A DNA stretch of 64,000 bases. Source: a phage. Each line of letters opens with the position of its first letter. The stretch's first letter is position 1. A program made the translations under genes and the position numbers. The notes beneath the pieces were generated by a model. It made no database searches, was not told where the DNA came from, and saw only the letters and a list, made by a program, of their open reading frames with translations. The stretch lies in the sequence record PZ445134.1. One strand, written 5' to 3'. This document shows, one piece after another, positions 19,447 through 28,882 of the stretch.

Positions 19447-20028
19447 CTAAAAATTCAACATTTTCAAATGAATGATTTTGTATAATCGAGATAAAGGGTC
19501 ATATTCTAAGTCTTCAATTTTCACAATCTCAAATCTAGAGATACCTGAGGCCATGTACTCTTGTTCAGATTCAATCATATCTAGGACATCGATACGAGTT
19601 TCTTCCATAACATGCTTAGGGTTCTTTCCGGCAAGTACAATGTTAACCATGTTTTGGTAGTAATCAAAAATGAATGGAGCATTCCTGAGACTAAGAATAG
19701 TGTACGTCTGATATTCCCAGCTCCCGGAGAATTGACGAGCTGTACTGAAATCAGTTGTGAACGATGTTACTCGTCCAGGAGACCAATGACATCCAACAGA
19801 AAGAAGGGAAAGACGTTCTACTTCTTCTGGAGTTACACCGCGGTAGAGTTCTACTGGTACTGTAGAAGTCATATGCTTACGAACAAGATGGTCTAATTCA
19901 TAGTGGAAATCCGGGTCTTCCTTAGAATCAGTGCAAGCCCAGAGAATGTTTTGTTCTTGGCGGGTGAATTTGCTATCAATCAGATTTGTTAGGTATTCAC
20001 GTTCTTGAAGTTCAGATTGACATGTCAT
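19447..20028 (-). CDS. modB: ADP-ribosyltransferase (Mod family)
   Basis: 193 aa; YRG ... TSFT ... EQEY motif order; paralog of upstream gene. Confidence 0.6.
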   Translation of the reverse strand: MTCQSELQEREYLTNLIDSKFTRQEQNILWACTDSKEDPDFHYELDHLVRKHMTSTVPVELYRGVTPEEVERLSLLSVGCHWSPGRVTSFTTDFSTARQFSGSWEYQTYTILSLRNAPFIFDYYQNMVNIVLAGKNPKHVMEETRIDVLDMIESEQEYMASGISRFEIVKIEDLEYDPLSRLYKIIHLKMLNF

Positions 20029-20244
20029 GATAGACCTCCATTTAAAGATAAGCCTATCATAACACGAGAGGAGGGAATGTAAACTACTTTTTAAGCTTTC
20101 CTACTAAAGGTCCATCAGGGCCGGGTTGTTCTAACATGAATAAGGATGCTTTAAAAAGCAATGTCAGCCCTTTCACCATTCGATACCATGTCTCAAAGTC
20201 TTTTTCCTTGATTTCTAGTAAGAATTTCTCTTTAAATTTCTCTT

Positions 20245-20433
20245 TCATTTCCAAGGACTCCATGGTGGAGGGTCGTCATAATAAGAGGCAAGGTCTTTCA
20301 GGGCTTCAACAGGTAAACTAAAGCCGTGACGTTGTATAATACTATCTAGTTCATCAACAAGTTCACTACGATGCACTTTAGGAGCCTCAACTTCGGGCTC
20401 ATCAAACATACTCATCAAGTCCATATTATTCAC
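20245..20433 (-). CDS. hypothetical acidic protein (62 aa)
   Basis: ORF track. Confidence 0.4.
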   Translation of the reverse strand: MNNMDLMSMFDEPEVEAPKVHRSELVDELDSIIQRHGFSLPVEALKDLASYYDDPPPWSPWK

Positions 20434-20890
20434 CGAGATAAAAACTAGCAGGTTCAGAGAATGTTTCTAGTGCTACGCCTTTTGTCTTAAAAAATTTCCA
20501 AATAGCTCGTTGCAAATGGATTAAATCTGCTAATGATGTAATAAAGTATTTTTTAGCAAAATACTTATGGTCTCGTTTTTCAAACAAATCTAAACGCTTT
20601 TCTGGATTCACATAAACGGCATTTTCCGTAGATTCATAACCTAAGTCCTTTATGCCTTCTTCAAGACTAAATGGAGAATTTTTAGAATGAGTAATAGCTC
20701 CAACTCGCTCTACACGAATTTTGTAACCTTTAGGAATCTGCAATTTGCAGAATTCTTCTACGATATATTGCGGATTATTTAGACTTTTGTTAATGAGAAT
20801 AGCTATTTCTAGTGGAGTCTTATCTTCTACTGGTATATGTTTAAACGACTTGGCTTCAAGCAAATACATTTTAAATAACATAGCATCCAT
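20426..20890 (-). CDS. hypothetical protein (154 aa)
   Basis: ORF track. Confidence 0.5.
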   Translation of the reverse strand: MDAMLFKMYLLEAKSFKHIPVEDKTPLEIAILINKSLNNPQYIVEEFCKLQIPKGYKIRVERVGAITHSKNSPFSLEEGIKDLGYESTENAVYVNPEKRLDLFEKRDHKYFAKKYFITSLADLIHLQRAIWKFFKTKGVALETFSEPASFYLGE

Positions 20891-21096
20891 TATAATTTCC
20901 TCGATGGTTCACCCATATAAAGTTTTACAATACGTTCGCCTTCATCTTCGATGAGCTTCTCTTCGTGTTTCTGGAATTCTTTAGCCATATTCTCTTCAAG
21001 AACATCCAGCCAATCTTCCGGACCGACACCATCGTCCCAGCTTTTAAACCATCTTACCACTCTGTTCATTCGCAGCTCCCTGAGCTTGAACCACAA
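20890..21096 (-). CDS. hypothetical protein (68 aa)
   Basis: ORF track; 1-nt overlap with downstream gene. Confidence 0.4.
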   Translation of the reverse strand: MWFKLRELRMNRVVRWFKSWDDGVGPEDWLDVLEENMAKEFQKHEEKLIEDEGERIVKLYMGEPSRKL

Positions 21097-21305
21097 TCAG
21101 AATAACTTGTCCCAGAATCACCAGGCCAAGACGATACGTATGAATGATTATAATCGGAAGAGCTTGAAGCATTAACCTGTTTTGTTTTTGGACGAACAAC
21201 TTCTTCCATCATTCCGTCGCCGATATATTCCCAACTTTTTTCGTGTGTATCAGGAATAGGCATCATACCTTCGCCTGGTTTAACAGCAAACAACTTCTTC
21301 AGCAT
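21066..21305 (-). CDS. hypothetical protein with Ser-rich C-terminus (~79 aa)
   Basis: ORF track 21066..21389; probable internal start overlapping upstream stop. Confidence 0.35.
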   Translation of the reverse strand: MLKKLFAVKPGEGMMPIPDTHEKSWEYIGDGMMEEVVRPKTKQVNASSSSDYNHSYVSSWPGDSGTSYSDCGSSSGSCE

Positions 21306-21507
21306 CGTAAGCATTAATTGTTCCTCGAACAAAACGAACACCACCATCGTCCCAACGGATTTCGGCGTTAAATTTGACGTCTTCACCATCCATCATGAAT
21401 GAGTGTACGACTACATCATCGTAATATCCAAGACCGTATTTCAACGAAACTTCTTGAGCAATCAAAGCACCTAATGTGTTATTAGGTTTAATCCAACGAT
21501 TTAACAT
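21280..21507 (-). CDS. hypothetical protein (~75 aa)
   Basis: ORF track 21280..21576; internal Met preceded by RBS GAGGAG. Confidence 0.4.
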   Translation of the reverse strand: MLNRWIKPNNTLGALIAQEVSLKYGLGYYDDVVVHSFMMDGEDVKFNAEIRWDDGGVRFVRGTINAYDAEEVVCC

Positions 21508-21573
21508 ATTGTTCTCCTCTTGAGTAAGTAAGAATATCTTAACACAGTTTTTAGTGTTTGTAAACTGTAGAAA

Positions 21574-21600
21574 CAAAAAAAGGAATCCCGAAGGATTCCT
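21574..21600 (-). terminator. intrinsic terminator downstream of soc
   Basis: minus strand AGGAAUCC-UUCG-GGAUUCCU then UUUUUUUG. Confidence 0.55.
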
Positions 21601-21608
21601 TAAATTAT

Positions 21609-21845
21609 TTAACCACTTACTGGTGTAGGGGTAAACATTGCAGCATTCTTAGTTTTCCAATCAGCTGCATCAGAAACTACAGTAGAATATGCTGCCTTTT
21701 CTGATGGAAAGATTTGGTAATGAGAATCTGCAATCCGATGTTCGTTTGAATAAATCTCAAACGGCACAGAAACTTCCATACCTTTAACTTCTTTGCCTTC
21801 ACCAGCAGGATGCGTAAAGGTTTTGATGTTTACATAACCACCCAT
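21609..21845 (-). CDS. soc: small outer capsid protein Soc
   Basis: 78 aa; GYVNIKTF ... HYQ.FPSEKAAYSTV matches T4 Soc as recalled; late promoter upstream. Confidence 0.8.
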   Translation of the reverse strand: MGGYVNIKTFTHPAGEGKEVKGMEVSVPFEIYSNEHRIADSHYQIFPSEKAAYSTVVSDAADWKTKNAAMFTPTPVSG

Positions 21846-21876
21846 AATTAACTCCTTTGTTGTTTAATTACAGGTG

Positions 21877-21884
21877 TATTTATA
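21877..21884 (-). promoter_or_regulatory. late promoter TATAAATA upstream of soc
   Basis: minus strand TATAAATA ~30 nt upstream of soc ATG, followed by RBS AAGGAG. Confidence 0.5.
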
Positions 21885-21890
21885 ACTTAA

Positions 21891-22412
21891 TCAGTAACCA
21901 TTATCCTGGCGTTCAAAGTTGTGTTGGTTTTTCAAGTAGTAAAGTTTAAAGATTTCTTCAGCGGAAAGACCCAGACCTTGGAACATGTTCAGGACAAAGT
22001 GGAGGATATCAATCATCTCGAATTTAATTTCAAGCTGGTCTTCAGGAGACAGTTCATCGATACGACGATTTCGATATTCAGCGTGTTGCGCCTTCCACGG
22101 TTTCCATACAGAGCTAGCGGCTTTTTCACCATTGCTCATACCACCAAGTGAAGTCAGCAGTTCACGGAATTCATCATCAATATAATCTTTCTGATTACGC
22201 AGCCAATCAACAACATCGCCAGCAGTGGCTAATTCATCAGGATGTTTGTTATGTTCAGGCTTGTCATTTGCCAGACGAACCTGTAAAGATTTCTGCATAT
22301 CAAGCATTACCTGCAGAGGGTCTTTATCTTCGTGAATCAGAGCATTAAAATAAGCTTCTTCTGCTTTATCAACACCAGAAATAAGTTGTGAACATTCGTT
22401 AAAGTGTGCCAT
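21891..22412 (-). CDS. 56: dCTPase/dUTPase (MazG-like)
   Basis: ORF track 21891..22427; likely start at MAHFNEC...; length ~173 aa as T4 gp56; synteny soc-56-61. Confidence 0.75.
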   Translation of the reverse strand: MAHFNECSQLISGVDKAEEAYFNALIHEDKDPLQVMLDMQKSLQVRLANDKPEHNKHPDELATAGDVVDWLRNQKDYIDDEFRELLTSLGGMSNGEKAASSVWKPWKAQHAEYRNRRIDELSPEDQLEIKFEMIDILHFVLNMFQGLGLSAEEIFKLYYLKNQHNFERQDNGY

Positions 22413-22502
22413 TATTTTTCCTTTCAATTTAGTATAAGAGAAGTTAATTCTAACATTAATTTTATAAAGCGTAATAAATAATAAGGTAACTAAGGAGATA
22501 TT

Positions 22503-22700
22503 ATGTTTAAACTTCCATCGTTAATCAACGCTATTAAAGGCAATAAAAAGAAAACTGCTATCGCTGCAATAGTTGTAGGTGGCATTATTTCATGGAACTT
22601 CGGGATTGCGCCATTGTTAGTTGCCCATGGTGTTATGGTTCCTTCTGTTCCATTGGATACTGTAGTTGATTTGGCCTTTGCTATTATAGGGCTTGTTTAA
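22503..22700 (+). CDS. small hydrophobic membrane protein (65 aa), plus strand
   Basis: strong RBS AAGGAG 6 nt before ATG; hydrophobic sequence; only plus-strand ORF in an intergenic gap. Confidence 0.35.
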   Translation: MFKLPSLINAIKGNKKKTAIAAIVVGGIISWNFGIAPLLVAHGVMVPSVPLDTVVDLAFAIIGLV

Positions 22701-23719
22701 ATCTTAGAATAATGAGATAATCTCATTTTAGCATGCAACCCACTTGAAATATTCTGTTTCATATATTCTAAAATTTCTTGTGGTGTTGCATTTTCTTTCA
22801 TTACCATATCATTCACATCCTTTGATCTCCACGGAGCTCGGTCCCAGAACATGACACGTTCGCCTGCATCAACTAATCGCTTCATGCGAGCTATAGTATC
22901 CGGATGCCTAGGTTCATTATCCATCACCCATACCCGACGTTCTTTAAATGGTACCACATCTAAATCTATTGAGCCGCCTGTAATAGCGATTGCATTGGGT
23001 ATGAATAAACTATCAATAGGGCCTTCCATTACCCAGACGTCTCCTTCCTTAACACGTTCAACACCATAAATTTTTGTTGCAGACTCAAACGCTTTAATAG
23101 TGATATATTTCTGAGGAGCATCTTTACGAAGTGCACGTCCTTGGAATGACTCAGCCTTCCCATCTTTATTAAAAATAGGAATCACTAAACGTGGTTCGGG
23201 AATCTCTTTCTTATACGTACCAGGTTGAATCTTGTTGACCAATTTAGGCCATTCTAATGTGAACCATAATCTGTTCCATGATTCTTTAGGAATGCATCGA
23301 GACTTAACATATTTCACAATAGGATGCTCTTCAGGCAGCTTGTCCAGACGAGAACAAGACGGCAAAGAATTTATAGTCTTTTTCTCTGGCTCTGGCTTAG
23401 CTTCAGGAACCTTTTCAATCTTTGGTTCCATTCTAGCTTTTTCTTTACGAACTTCCATTAGATATTCGCGATAAAGCTCTTCATCATACTCTTTTAAGTA
23501 TCCGGAAATTGTATTGTGGTATTGACAATTATAGCAATGTACATTACCAGGAGTACCGCCATAATACCATCCGCGAGCTTTCATTGCATCTGTCTGGGAA
23601 TCGCCACAAACTGGACATCGAAATGTTAATTTAAATGTGCTTGAATTATTGATTTGTCTAAAACGAGGTAGGTGAGAAAACGCACGATAAGCAAATTCAT
23701 TATCTATCCATTCAGCCAT
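22697..23719 (-). CDS. 61: DNA primase
   Basis: 340 aa; N-terminal zinc ribbon CPVCGDS...HCYNC; T4 gp61 342 aa. Confidence 0.9.
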   Translation of the reverse strand: MAEWIDNEFAYRAFSHLPRFRQINNSSTFKLTFRCPVCGDSQTDAMKARGWYYGGTPGNVHCYNCQYHNTISGYLKEYDEELYREYLMEVRKEKARMEPKIEKVPEAKPEPEKKTINSLPSCSRLDKLPEEHPIVKYVKSRCIPKESWNRLWFTLEWPKLVNKIQPGTYKKEIPEPRLVIPIFNKDGKAESFQGRALRKDAPQKYITIKAFESATKIYGVERVKEGDVWVMEGPIDSLFIPNAIAITGGSIDLDVVPFKERRVWVMDNEPRHPDTIARMKRLVDAGERVMFWDRAPWRSKDVNDMVMKENATPQEILEYMKQNISSGLHAKMRLSHYSKI

Positions 23720-23758
23720 AGTATTCTCCAGAGGCCTTAAATTAATAAGGCCATCATA

Positions 23759-24253
23759 TCACAACTTATTAATATTTACTTTAATTCGCTTTCTTTTCTT
23801 GGAAGGAATTTGTTCTGGACCTTTATTTACGACTGCACCTGTAGTTGTTCCTGATGCAATAGCTTGAGGACTACCGCCTGAATCACCAGCAACCATATCC
23901 TCAAATAAAGGGAGTTCTTTAAATATTTCTTTCTGTTGTTCTTCCGTAATGTTATAGCGTGAAGCTACAGCACTCCAGGCAGACATCATTGAGGCCATTC
24001 CATTAAGACCTGGAACAGTGCTCATCATTCGCTTCATTGAACGAACTGAAGCATGAAAAGGTGTATAAGCCGCTTTCTCTTCGGGAGTAGAAGGACGTTT
24101 AAGAACACTTCCACGTTCATCGATGATTTTGGCTTCGTATGCTTTCCATTCGGTAAAAGGTTTTTGCATTAGTCGAATAAACTTATATGCATAAACAGAA
24201 TCTATTGCAGTGTTAATAATACCCATAGGTACCTCCTGAGTATATTTAATCAA
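23759..24253 (-). CDS. hypothetical protein (164 aa), 61.1 position
   Basis: ORF track; basic C-terminus. Confidence 0.5.
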   Translation of the reverse strand: MIKYTQEVPMGIINTAIDSVYAYKFIRLMQKPFTEWKAYEAKIIDERGSVLKRPSTPEEKAAYTPFHASVRSMKRMMSTVPGLNGMASMMSAWSAVASRYNITEEQQKEIFKELPLFEDMVAGDSGGSPQAIASGTTTGAVVNKGPEQIPSKKRKRIKVNINKL

Positions 24254-24443
24254 TTACACAGATTGCTTTGTCACCATTTATATCTGTGACTTCATATGTA
24301 GTGCCTTCATACTGCGGAATATTCCAAATTACACCATCATTAGCTTTTACGCTAATATGGTATTGGTGTTTTGAAACAACTTCATAATCTTCAAAACTTG
24401 TAAAAACACTAATTTTAGAACCAGTGCAAATTGCAGTAGTCAT
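24246..24443 (-). CDS. hypothetical protein (65 aa)
   Basis: ORF track. Confidence 0.4.
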   Translation of the reverse strand: MTTAICTGSKISVFTSFEDYEVVSKHQYHISVKANDGVIWNIPQYEGTTYEVTDINGDKAICVID

Positions 24444-24444
24444 T

Positions 24445-25104
24445 TTAACCTCGATTCATAAATGCGTTAAATATTTGGTCATCAACAGAAATTTCTAATT
24501 CGACTTCAATTGTTTCAGCCTTTTCTTCAGGTGGTAATTCGTATCCACACACTACAATTTTTTCATCGATATCAAAATATACAGAAGCAATACGATTAAT
24601 GTTACTTTCAGTTAAGTCTAAATCAACATCAACATCTTTTTGACCTACACTTAAAGGATAACTAATACGGGTTATTTTATTATCTTTAACAAAGAGTCCA
24701 CCGACATACTCTGTACTATGTTTGAAGCTTACACGTTTCCGAAATGAAAGATATGATGCATCTTTACCGTGAGCTCGGCTCATAGGACATAATGAATAGC
24801 TAGAATAAGAGATGTCAAATCCTACACCTTCAATATGAGCCAACGCGTCATGATTAAACCAATTATAATCATATGCCAAATCCATTATATTGTAATATGT
24901 GAAAGGCACTGGATTAACATCATACGTTGTACCTTTAAAATCTGCCCAGGCAACGATTTCGTTATCTTTAACAATTACAAAAATTACACCAATATGGTAT
25001 CCGTTATTATTTTCATTCGGCGTTATATTATAACATTGTGCATTAGGAAATTTACCATATTTAAATGGTGCGTTTTTGTGCATGTAATAAATCATATTAT
25101 TCAC
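24445..25104 (-). CDS. hypothetical protein (219 aa)
   Basis: ORF track. Confidence 0.5.
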   Translation of the reverse strand: MNNMIYYMHKNAPFKYGKFPNAQCYNITPNENNNGYHIGVIFVIVKDNEIVAWADFKGTTYDVNPVPFTYYNIMDLAYDYNWFNHDALAHIEGVGFDISYSSYSLCPMSRAHGKDASYLSFRKRVSFKHSTEYVGGLFVKDNKITRISYPLSVGQKDVDVDLDLTESNINRIASVYFDIDEKIVVCGYELPPEEKAETIEVELEISVDDQIFNAFMNRG

Positions 25105-25390
25105 CTGTGATTTCGGTTACGATATCTTTGTTATCGAAATTAGGGTCACAATACAAAACATAGTTGTACTGCATGATACCGCCAGACTTAAGTTGTCCAA
25201 CAACTTTATTAACCATATTAGGACGGTCTCGTTTAGTGATGTTCATGATATCAGAGAAGATTTGTTGTTCAACATCTTCTTGATTTGCAGTCATTGACCA
25301 CTCACAGAGGTCTTTATCATAACCTGCTGTAACTGGAGCTGGTGCACATGATACTGCAAGTAAGATTGCTGCCAATGATAACTTTTTCAT
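25097..25390 (-). CDS. sp: Spackle-like periplasmic protein (signal peptide)
   Basis: 97 aa; N-terminal signal peptide MKKLSLAAILLAVSC...; ...GYDKDLCEWSM...SGG.MQYNYVLYCD resembles T4 Sp as recalled. Confidence 0.5.
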   Translation of the reverse strand: MKKLSLAAILLAVSCAPAPVTAGYDKDLCEWSMTANQEDVEQQIFSDIMNITKRDRPNMVNKVVGQLKSGGIMQYNYVLYCDPNFDNKDIVTEITGE

Positions 25391-25453
25391 TTTAACTCCT
25401 TAGTTGATTTGATAGGACTACTATACCATAGTCCATCTATAATGTAAACAACT

Positions 25454-25702
25454 TTATTCTTTTTCGCGAATAATAATTACTTGTTGAGGCTGCTGGGCAG
25501 ATTTCTTTTCGGCAACGATAGACCAAATTAAAGTTCCAATCCAACCAATCATCGTCCAGTTAAAGAGTAAAGATATAAAGAAGATTGCTGTTGTGCTTTT
25601 TGTGCCACGAATAAGTGCGATTACCCAAGGCAACATGTAAATGATGATTGAACCAATACCTGCGATTAAAACTGCTACTGAACTAGCTACGAATAATTCC
25701 AT
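25454..25702 (-). CDS. membrane protein (82 aa, two TM-like segments)
   Basis: ORF track; hydrophobic. Confidence 0.5.
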   Translation of the reverse strand: MELFVASSVAVLIAGIGSIIIYMLPWVIALIRGTKSTTAIFFISLLFNWTMIGWIGTLIWSIVAEKKSAQQPQQVIIIREKE

Positions 25703-25763
25703 GTTAATTTCCTCTTGATTTGTTATGTTTATAATATCTTGTTTTAACTTTGGTGTAAACCAA

Positions 25764-26132
25764 TTAATTAAATTTGTTTAAACGTTCAATACACTGGACG
25801 TAGTTATTTGCGATTTGTTTCTGGGTGGGCTCTTTACCAGTTGTTTCAACATAGCGAATGAATGCGATTTCAGTAGCCTGTAGACAATGTTCTTTAACGC
25901 GTTGTTCTTTTGACAATGCTACAGTATCAGAGTCACGATAACGTTGAGCATGGGCATCAGCTTGAATCATTCGATTACCTACAGTAACCGGGTCTTCCAC
26001 TTCAACTTTAGGTTGGTCATACTGTTTAACATTCGGATTGTAAATCAGTTGGCCAACGTTATTAGGGATAAAGCCATGGGCACCACATCCGGTTAATCCA
26101 AATACCATTGCTAAAGCGATTAATTTTTTCAT
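25764..26132 (-). CDS. predicted lipoprotein (122 aa)
   Basis: signal peptide with lipobox LTGC. Confidence 0.55.
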   Translation of the reverse strand: MKKLIALAMVFGLTGCGAHGFIPNNVGQLIYNPNVKQYDQPKVEVEDPVTVGNRMIQADAHAQRYRDSDTVALSKEQRVKEHCLQATEIAFIRYVETTGKEPTQKQIANNYVQCIERLNKFN

Positions 26133-26192
26133 TTCAATTTCCTCTGTAGTTGATAGAAAGATAGTAACACAGTATGTGGTGCTTGTAAACAG

Positions 26193-26405
26193 TTATTTTA
26201 AACTTTTGCGAAATTTGCGTTTTTCTTGACGAATCTGTCGTTTAGTCGGACGTACAGCAAATTTAACGAAGTCCACTTTGCCGTGTGGAAACTTTTCAGA
26301 TGCTTCACAGTCCATCATTAGTTCCCATCCTTCCAGAATAAGAGCTTTCCATTGTGTAGTTGATGCAAATTCGTATGTTGATGGTTTAAACACAGTTGAA
26401 TACAT
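26193..26405 (-). CDS. hypothetical basic protein (~70 aa)
   Basis: ORF track 26193..26450; probable internal start. Confidence 0.4.
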   Translation of the reverse strand: MYSTVFKPSTYEFASTTQWKALILEGWELMMDCEASEKFPHGKVDFVKFAVRPTKRQIRQEKRKFRKSLK

Positions 26406-26406
26406 A

Positions 26407-26598
26407 TTATCCTCTGAAATCAGCTTCAAAAACTTTCTCGTCATTAACAAATGCTTTAACTAATGCGTTGTTCACTTCAGCAAGTTGTACCGTAACCCAC
26501 TCGATTTCTTCGCGATCACCTGATAACATAATATCTTTAGTGAACATCTCGCCGCTTTTAAACCAACCTATAAAAGTAACTTTAGTTAATTTGCTCAT
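26407..26598 (-). CDS. dmd: possible Dmd (discriminator of mRNA degradation)
   Basis: ORF track 26407..26619; internal Met gives ~63 aa; ...F.GWFK....FTK.I........W.T.Q.AEVN.ALVKAF..D.KV.E.D.RG resembles T4 Dmd as recalled; position between 61 and 41. Confidence 0.4.
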   Translation of the reverse strand: MSKLTKVTFIGWFKSGEMFTKDIMLSGDREEIEWVTVQLAEVNNALVKAFVNDEKVFEADFRG

Positions 26599-26912
26599 AT
26601 TTCCTCGCAAAATGCCCATTCAGCGTGATAAACTGTAGCACCTTTAGTATCATTCATTTGAACTACGTCTACCGGAGAAATTACTCGATAGAGACGTGGT
26701 TCACCTCCGTAAGAGCGTGCTGCTCGTCCTGCATAAATCTTTGCTAAACCGATATCTTCAGTAAAGAATACCCGATCCAAGTTTTTCTTACGTCCAGTTT
26801 CAGACAGAACTCCTGTTTCTTCAGGAGGACAAAGCATGTTTTCGATGTTAGCTGAACTACTTGAACCGTGATAAAAAATCTTAAATTCTGCTTTACAATC
26901 AATGGTTTTCAT
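26595..26912 (-). CDS. hypothetical protein (105 aa)
   Basis: ORF track. Confidence 0.45.
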   Translation of the reverse strand: MKTIDCKAEFKIFYHGSSSSANIENMLCPPEETGVLSETGRKKNLDRVFFTEDIGLAKIYAGRAARSYGGEPRLYRVISPVDVVQMNDTKGATVYHAEWAFCEEI

Positions 26913-26967
26913 TTTGTTCTCCAGTAGTTGATAGGTCTATAATAACACAACTACTGGAGAAGTAAAC

Positions 26968-27342
26968 TTAAAAACGTAATTTAGATACATCTACGTTGAT
27001 TTCGCTTTGGTTTGCGTCGTATGCAATTAAACGAACAGCTTTAGATGGGTCATTCAATGCATAGAAATGATGGAACATTGCTCGAACGATATCACCATTT
27101 ACGAGTTCTACCTGGATAGGAGAACCTTTTTCGAGTTGGAAATGTTCATAAGCTTTGATGGTTCGCAGATAATCAAGTTTTTGATTTCCGGCTCCAACAA
27201 TTTGTACGATACGTTTGCCCATGTTTTCCATACGAGATACAATAGTTTTAGGAGCAAGAATAACGTAGGTTGCCAGCGGAGAAACTACTTCAACAGTTGT
27301 GTTTTCGGTGATTGCAGTAAAAATTGCTTGAGACATATTCAT
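26968..27342 (-). CDS. hypothetical protein (124 aa)
   Basis: ORF track. Confidence 0.5.
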   Translation of the reverse strand: MNMSQAIFTAITENTTVEVVSPLATYVILAPKTIVSRMENMGKRIVQIVGAGNQKLDYLRTIKAYEHFQLEKGSPIQVELVNGDIVRAMFHHFYALNDPSKAVRLIAYDANQSEINVDVSKLRF

Positions 27343-27430
27343 AGTGTTTTCCTCTTGGTTTGTGTAAGTACATCATATCATGCCTAGAGGAAGATGTAAA
27401 CCCCGAAAGGAGACCGAAGTCTCCTTTTTA

Positions 27431-28873
27431 TTAAAATTTTAACTCATTGGCTAAGCTATCTAGGTCAGCACGTGTTGTTTTGGCTTTACCTACGCGTTCC
27501 GTACGATTCACCTCTGCCTGACGCATCTGGGCACCTGCGTTTTCATTTACTGTGTTAGGTGTGTTCATGCCTTCTTGCTCAATCTCAACCCATTTCTGGT
27601 TGCCTTTACGTACACCCATCAGGAATTTATTCCACTTATTCTTATCACCATACCGTGATTTGATTTGTTTGATAAGTTGTTGTTCAGCTTGTGCAAGTTC
27701 TTCGGTTTCAATTACGGCCAACATGAAATCTGCCGTTGCTGGTAAACCTGCTGATTCTGCAATATCGCTCATGTTCATATCCGAAGCATCCCATGCTGCA
27801 CGTCCTACTTGAGCTGCAGTCCATAGAACTGTTTCAGATTCTACTGCTAATGCACGAAGTTCTTCTGCGATAGCTTTAACTAATGTGTAGCTATTTTCAG
27901 TGTAAACTCTGATACGACAAGACCCACAAATACCTAAGTAATCAACCATGATTACAGATGGCACAAAGTTCTTCTTGAGTTTCAATTCATTAAGCAATGC
28001 ACGGAATGTATTAGCATTAGCTCCGCCAGTAGGATACTGTTTAACTACTAAACGTCCTAATGTTGTTTTTGAACGCCATTTTTCCATCTTGGCTTTATAT
28101 TCAGCATAAGATACGTTACCATCATCGATATCATCGAGCGATACGTCAAGCATGTTTGCATCTATACGCTTAGCACAAACTTCTTCAGCCATTTCCATAG
28201 AAATATAAAGAACGTTATGACCTGTTTGAAGATAATCTGCAGCAAGTGAACAAAGGCCTAAAGATTTACCGACGTTAACACCGGCCATTAAAACATTCAG
28301 TGTACCAGTTTCAGCACCACCTTTAGTGATTTTATTCAGAATGTTTAATTTGAACGGGACCTTACGTGCTTTGTTCAGATAAGAAAGCCAGCGTGCTTCA
28401 TAGTCTTCCATCCAGTCATGTCCAACATAACTATCAAACGAAATTGAAAGTGCTTGACGCATAATATCAGGAATAGCTCCTACGTCAGGCATTTTCTTGT
28501 TACGTTGTTCTGGAGGTAGTTCAGCATTAGACTGAATCTCAATGATTTTAGACGTAGCATTATACATCGCTTTTTGCTGGACATATTTCTCAGTTTCTTT
28601 AACCAACCATTCATGGTCTTCAGGAGTATCAGCCAATTTTTCAATTAGGTCTGAAGTTCCTTTATATTCTGCTTCAGTTAAAGAACTGTTATCTAAAGCC
28701 ACCTTTAATGCATTGATAGACGGCATTGCATTATATTCGTTAACGTGGCTCTTTATAATTTTAAAGACATTTTTTGCCGGTCCACGCTCAAAATACTCAG
28801 AATCCATATAAGGCCAGACCTTAGAAAAATAAGCCTGGTCATATACTAGATGAGACAAAATAATTTCTACCAC
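27431..28873 (-). CDS. 41: replicative DNA helicase (DnaB-like)
   Basis: 480 aa; Walker A AGVNVGKS; T4 gp41 475 aa. Confidence 0.9.
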   Translation of the reverse strand: MVEIILSHLVYDQAYFSKVWPYMDSEYFERGPAKNVFKIIKSHVNEYNAMPSINALKVALDNSSLTEAEYKGTSDLIEKLADTPEDHEWLVKETEKYVQQKAMYNATSKIIEIQSNAELPPEQRNKKMPDVGAIPDIMRQALSISFDSYVGHDWMEDYEARWLSYLNKARKVPFKLNILNKITKGGAETGTLNVLMAGVNVGKSLGLCSLAADYLQTGHNVLYISMEMAEEVCAKRIDANMLDVSLDDIDDGNVSYAEYKAKMEKWRSKTTLGRLVVKQYPTGGANANTFRALLNELKLKKNFVPSVIMVDYLGICGSCRIRVYTENSYTLVKAIAEELRALAVESETVLWTAAQVGRAAWDASDMNMSDIAESAGLPATADFMLAVIETEELAQAEQQLIKQIKSRYGDKNKWNKFLMGVRKGNQKWVEIEQEGMNTPNTVNENAGAQMRQAEVNRTERVGKAKTTRADLDSLANELKF

Positions 28874-28882
28874 GATAACTCC

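Noticed and set aside
27405-27431. Hairpin GGAGAC-CGAA-GUCUCC immediately downstream of gene 41 as a terminator
   Set aside because: On the transcribed minus strand the hairpin is not followed by a U-tract (the T-run is on the plus strand), so function as an intrinsic terminator is doubtful; it may be an RNA-stability element
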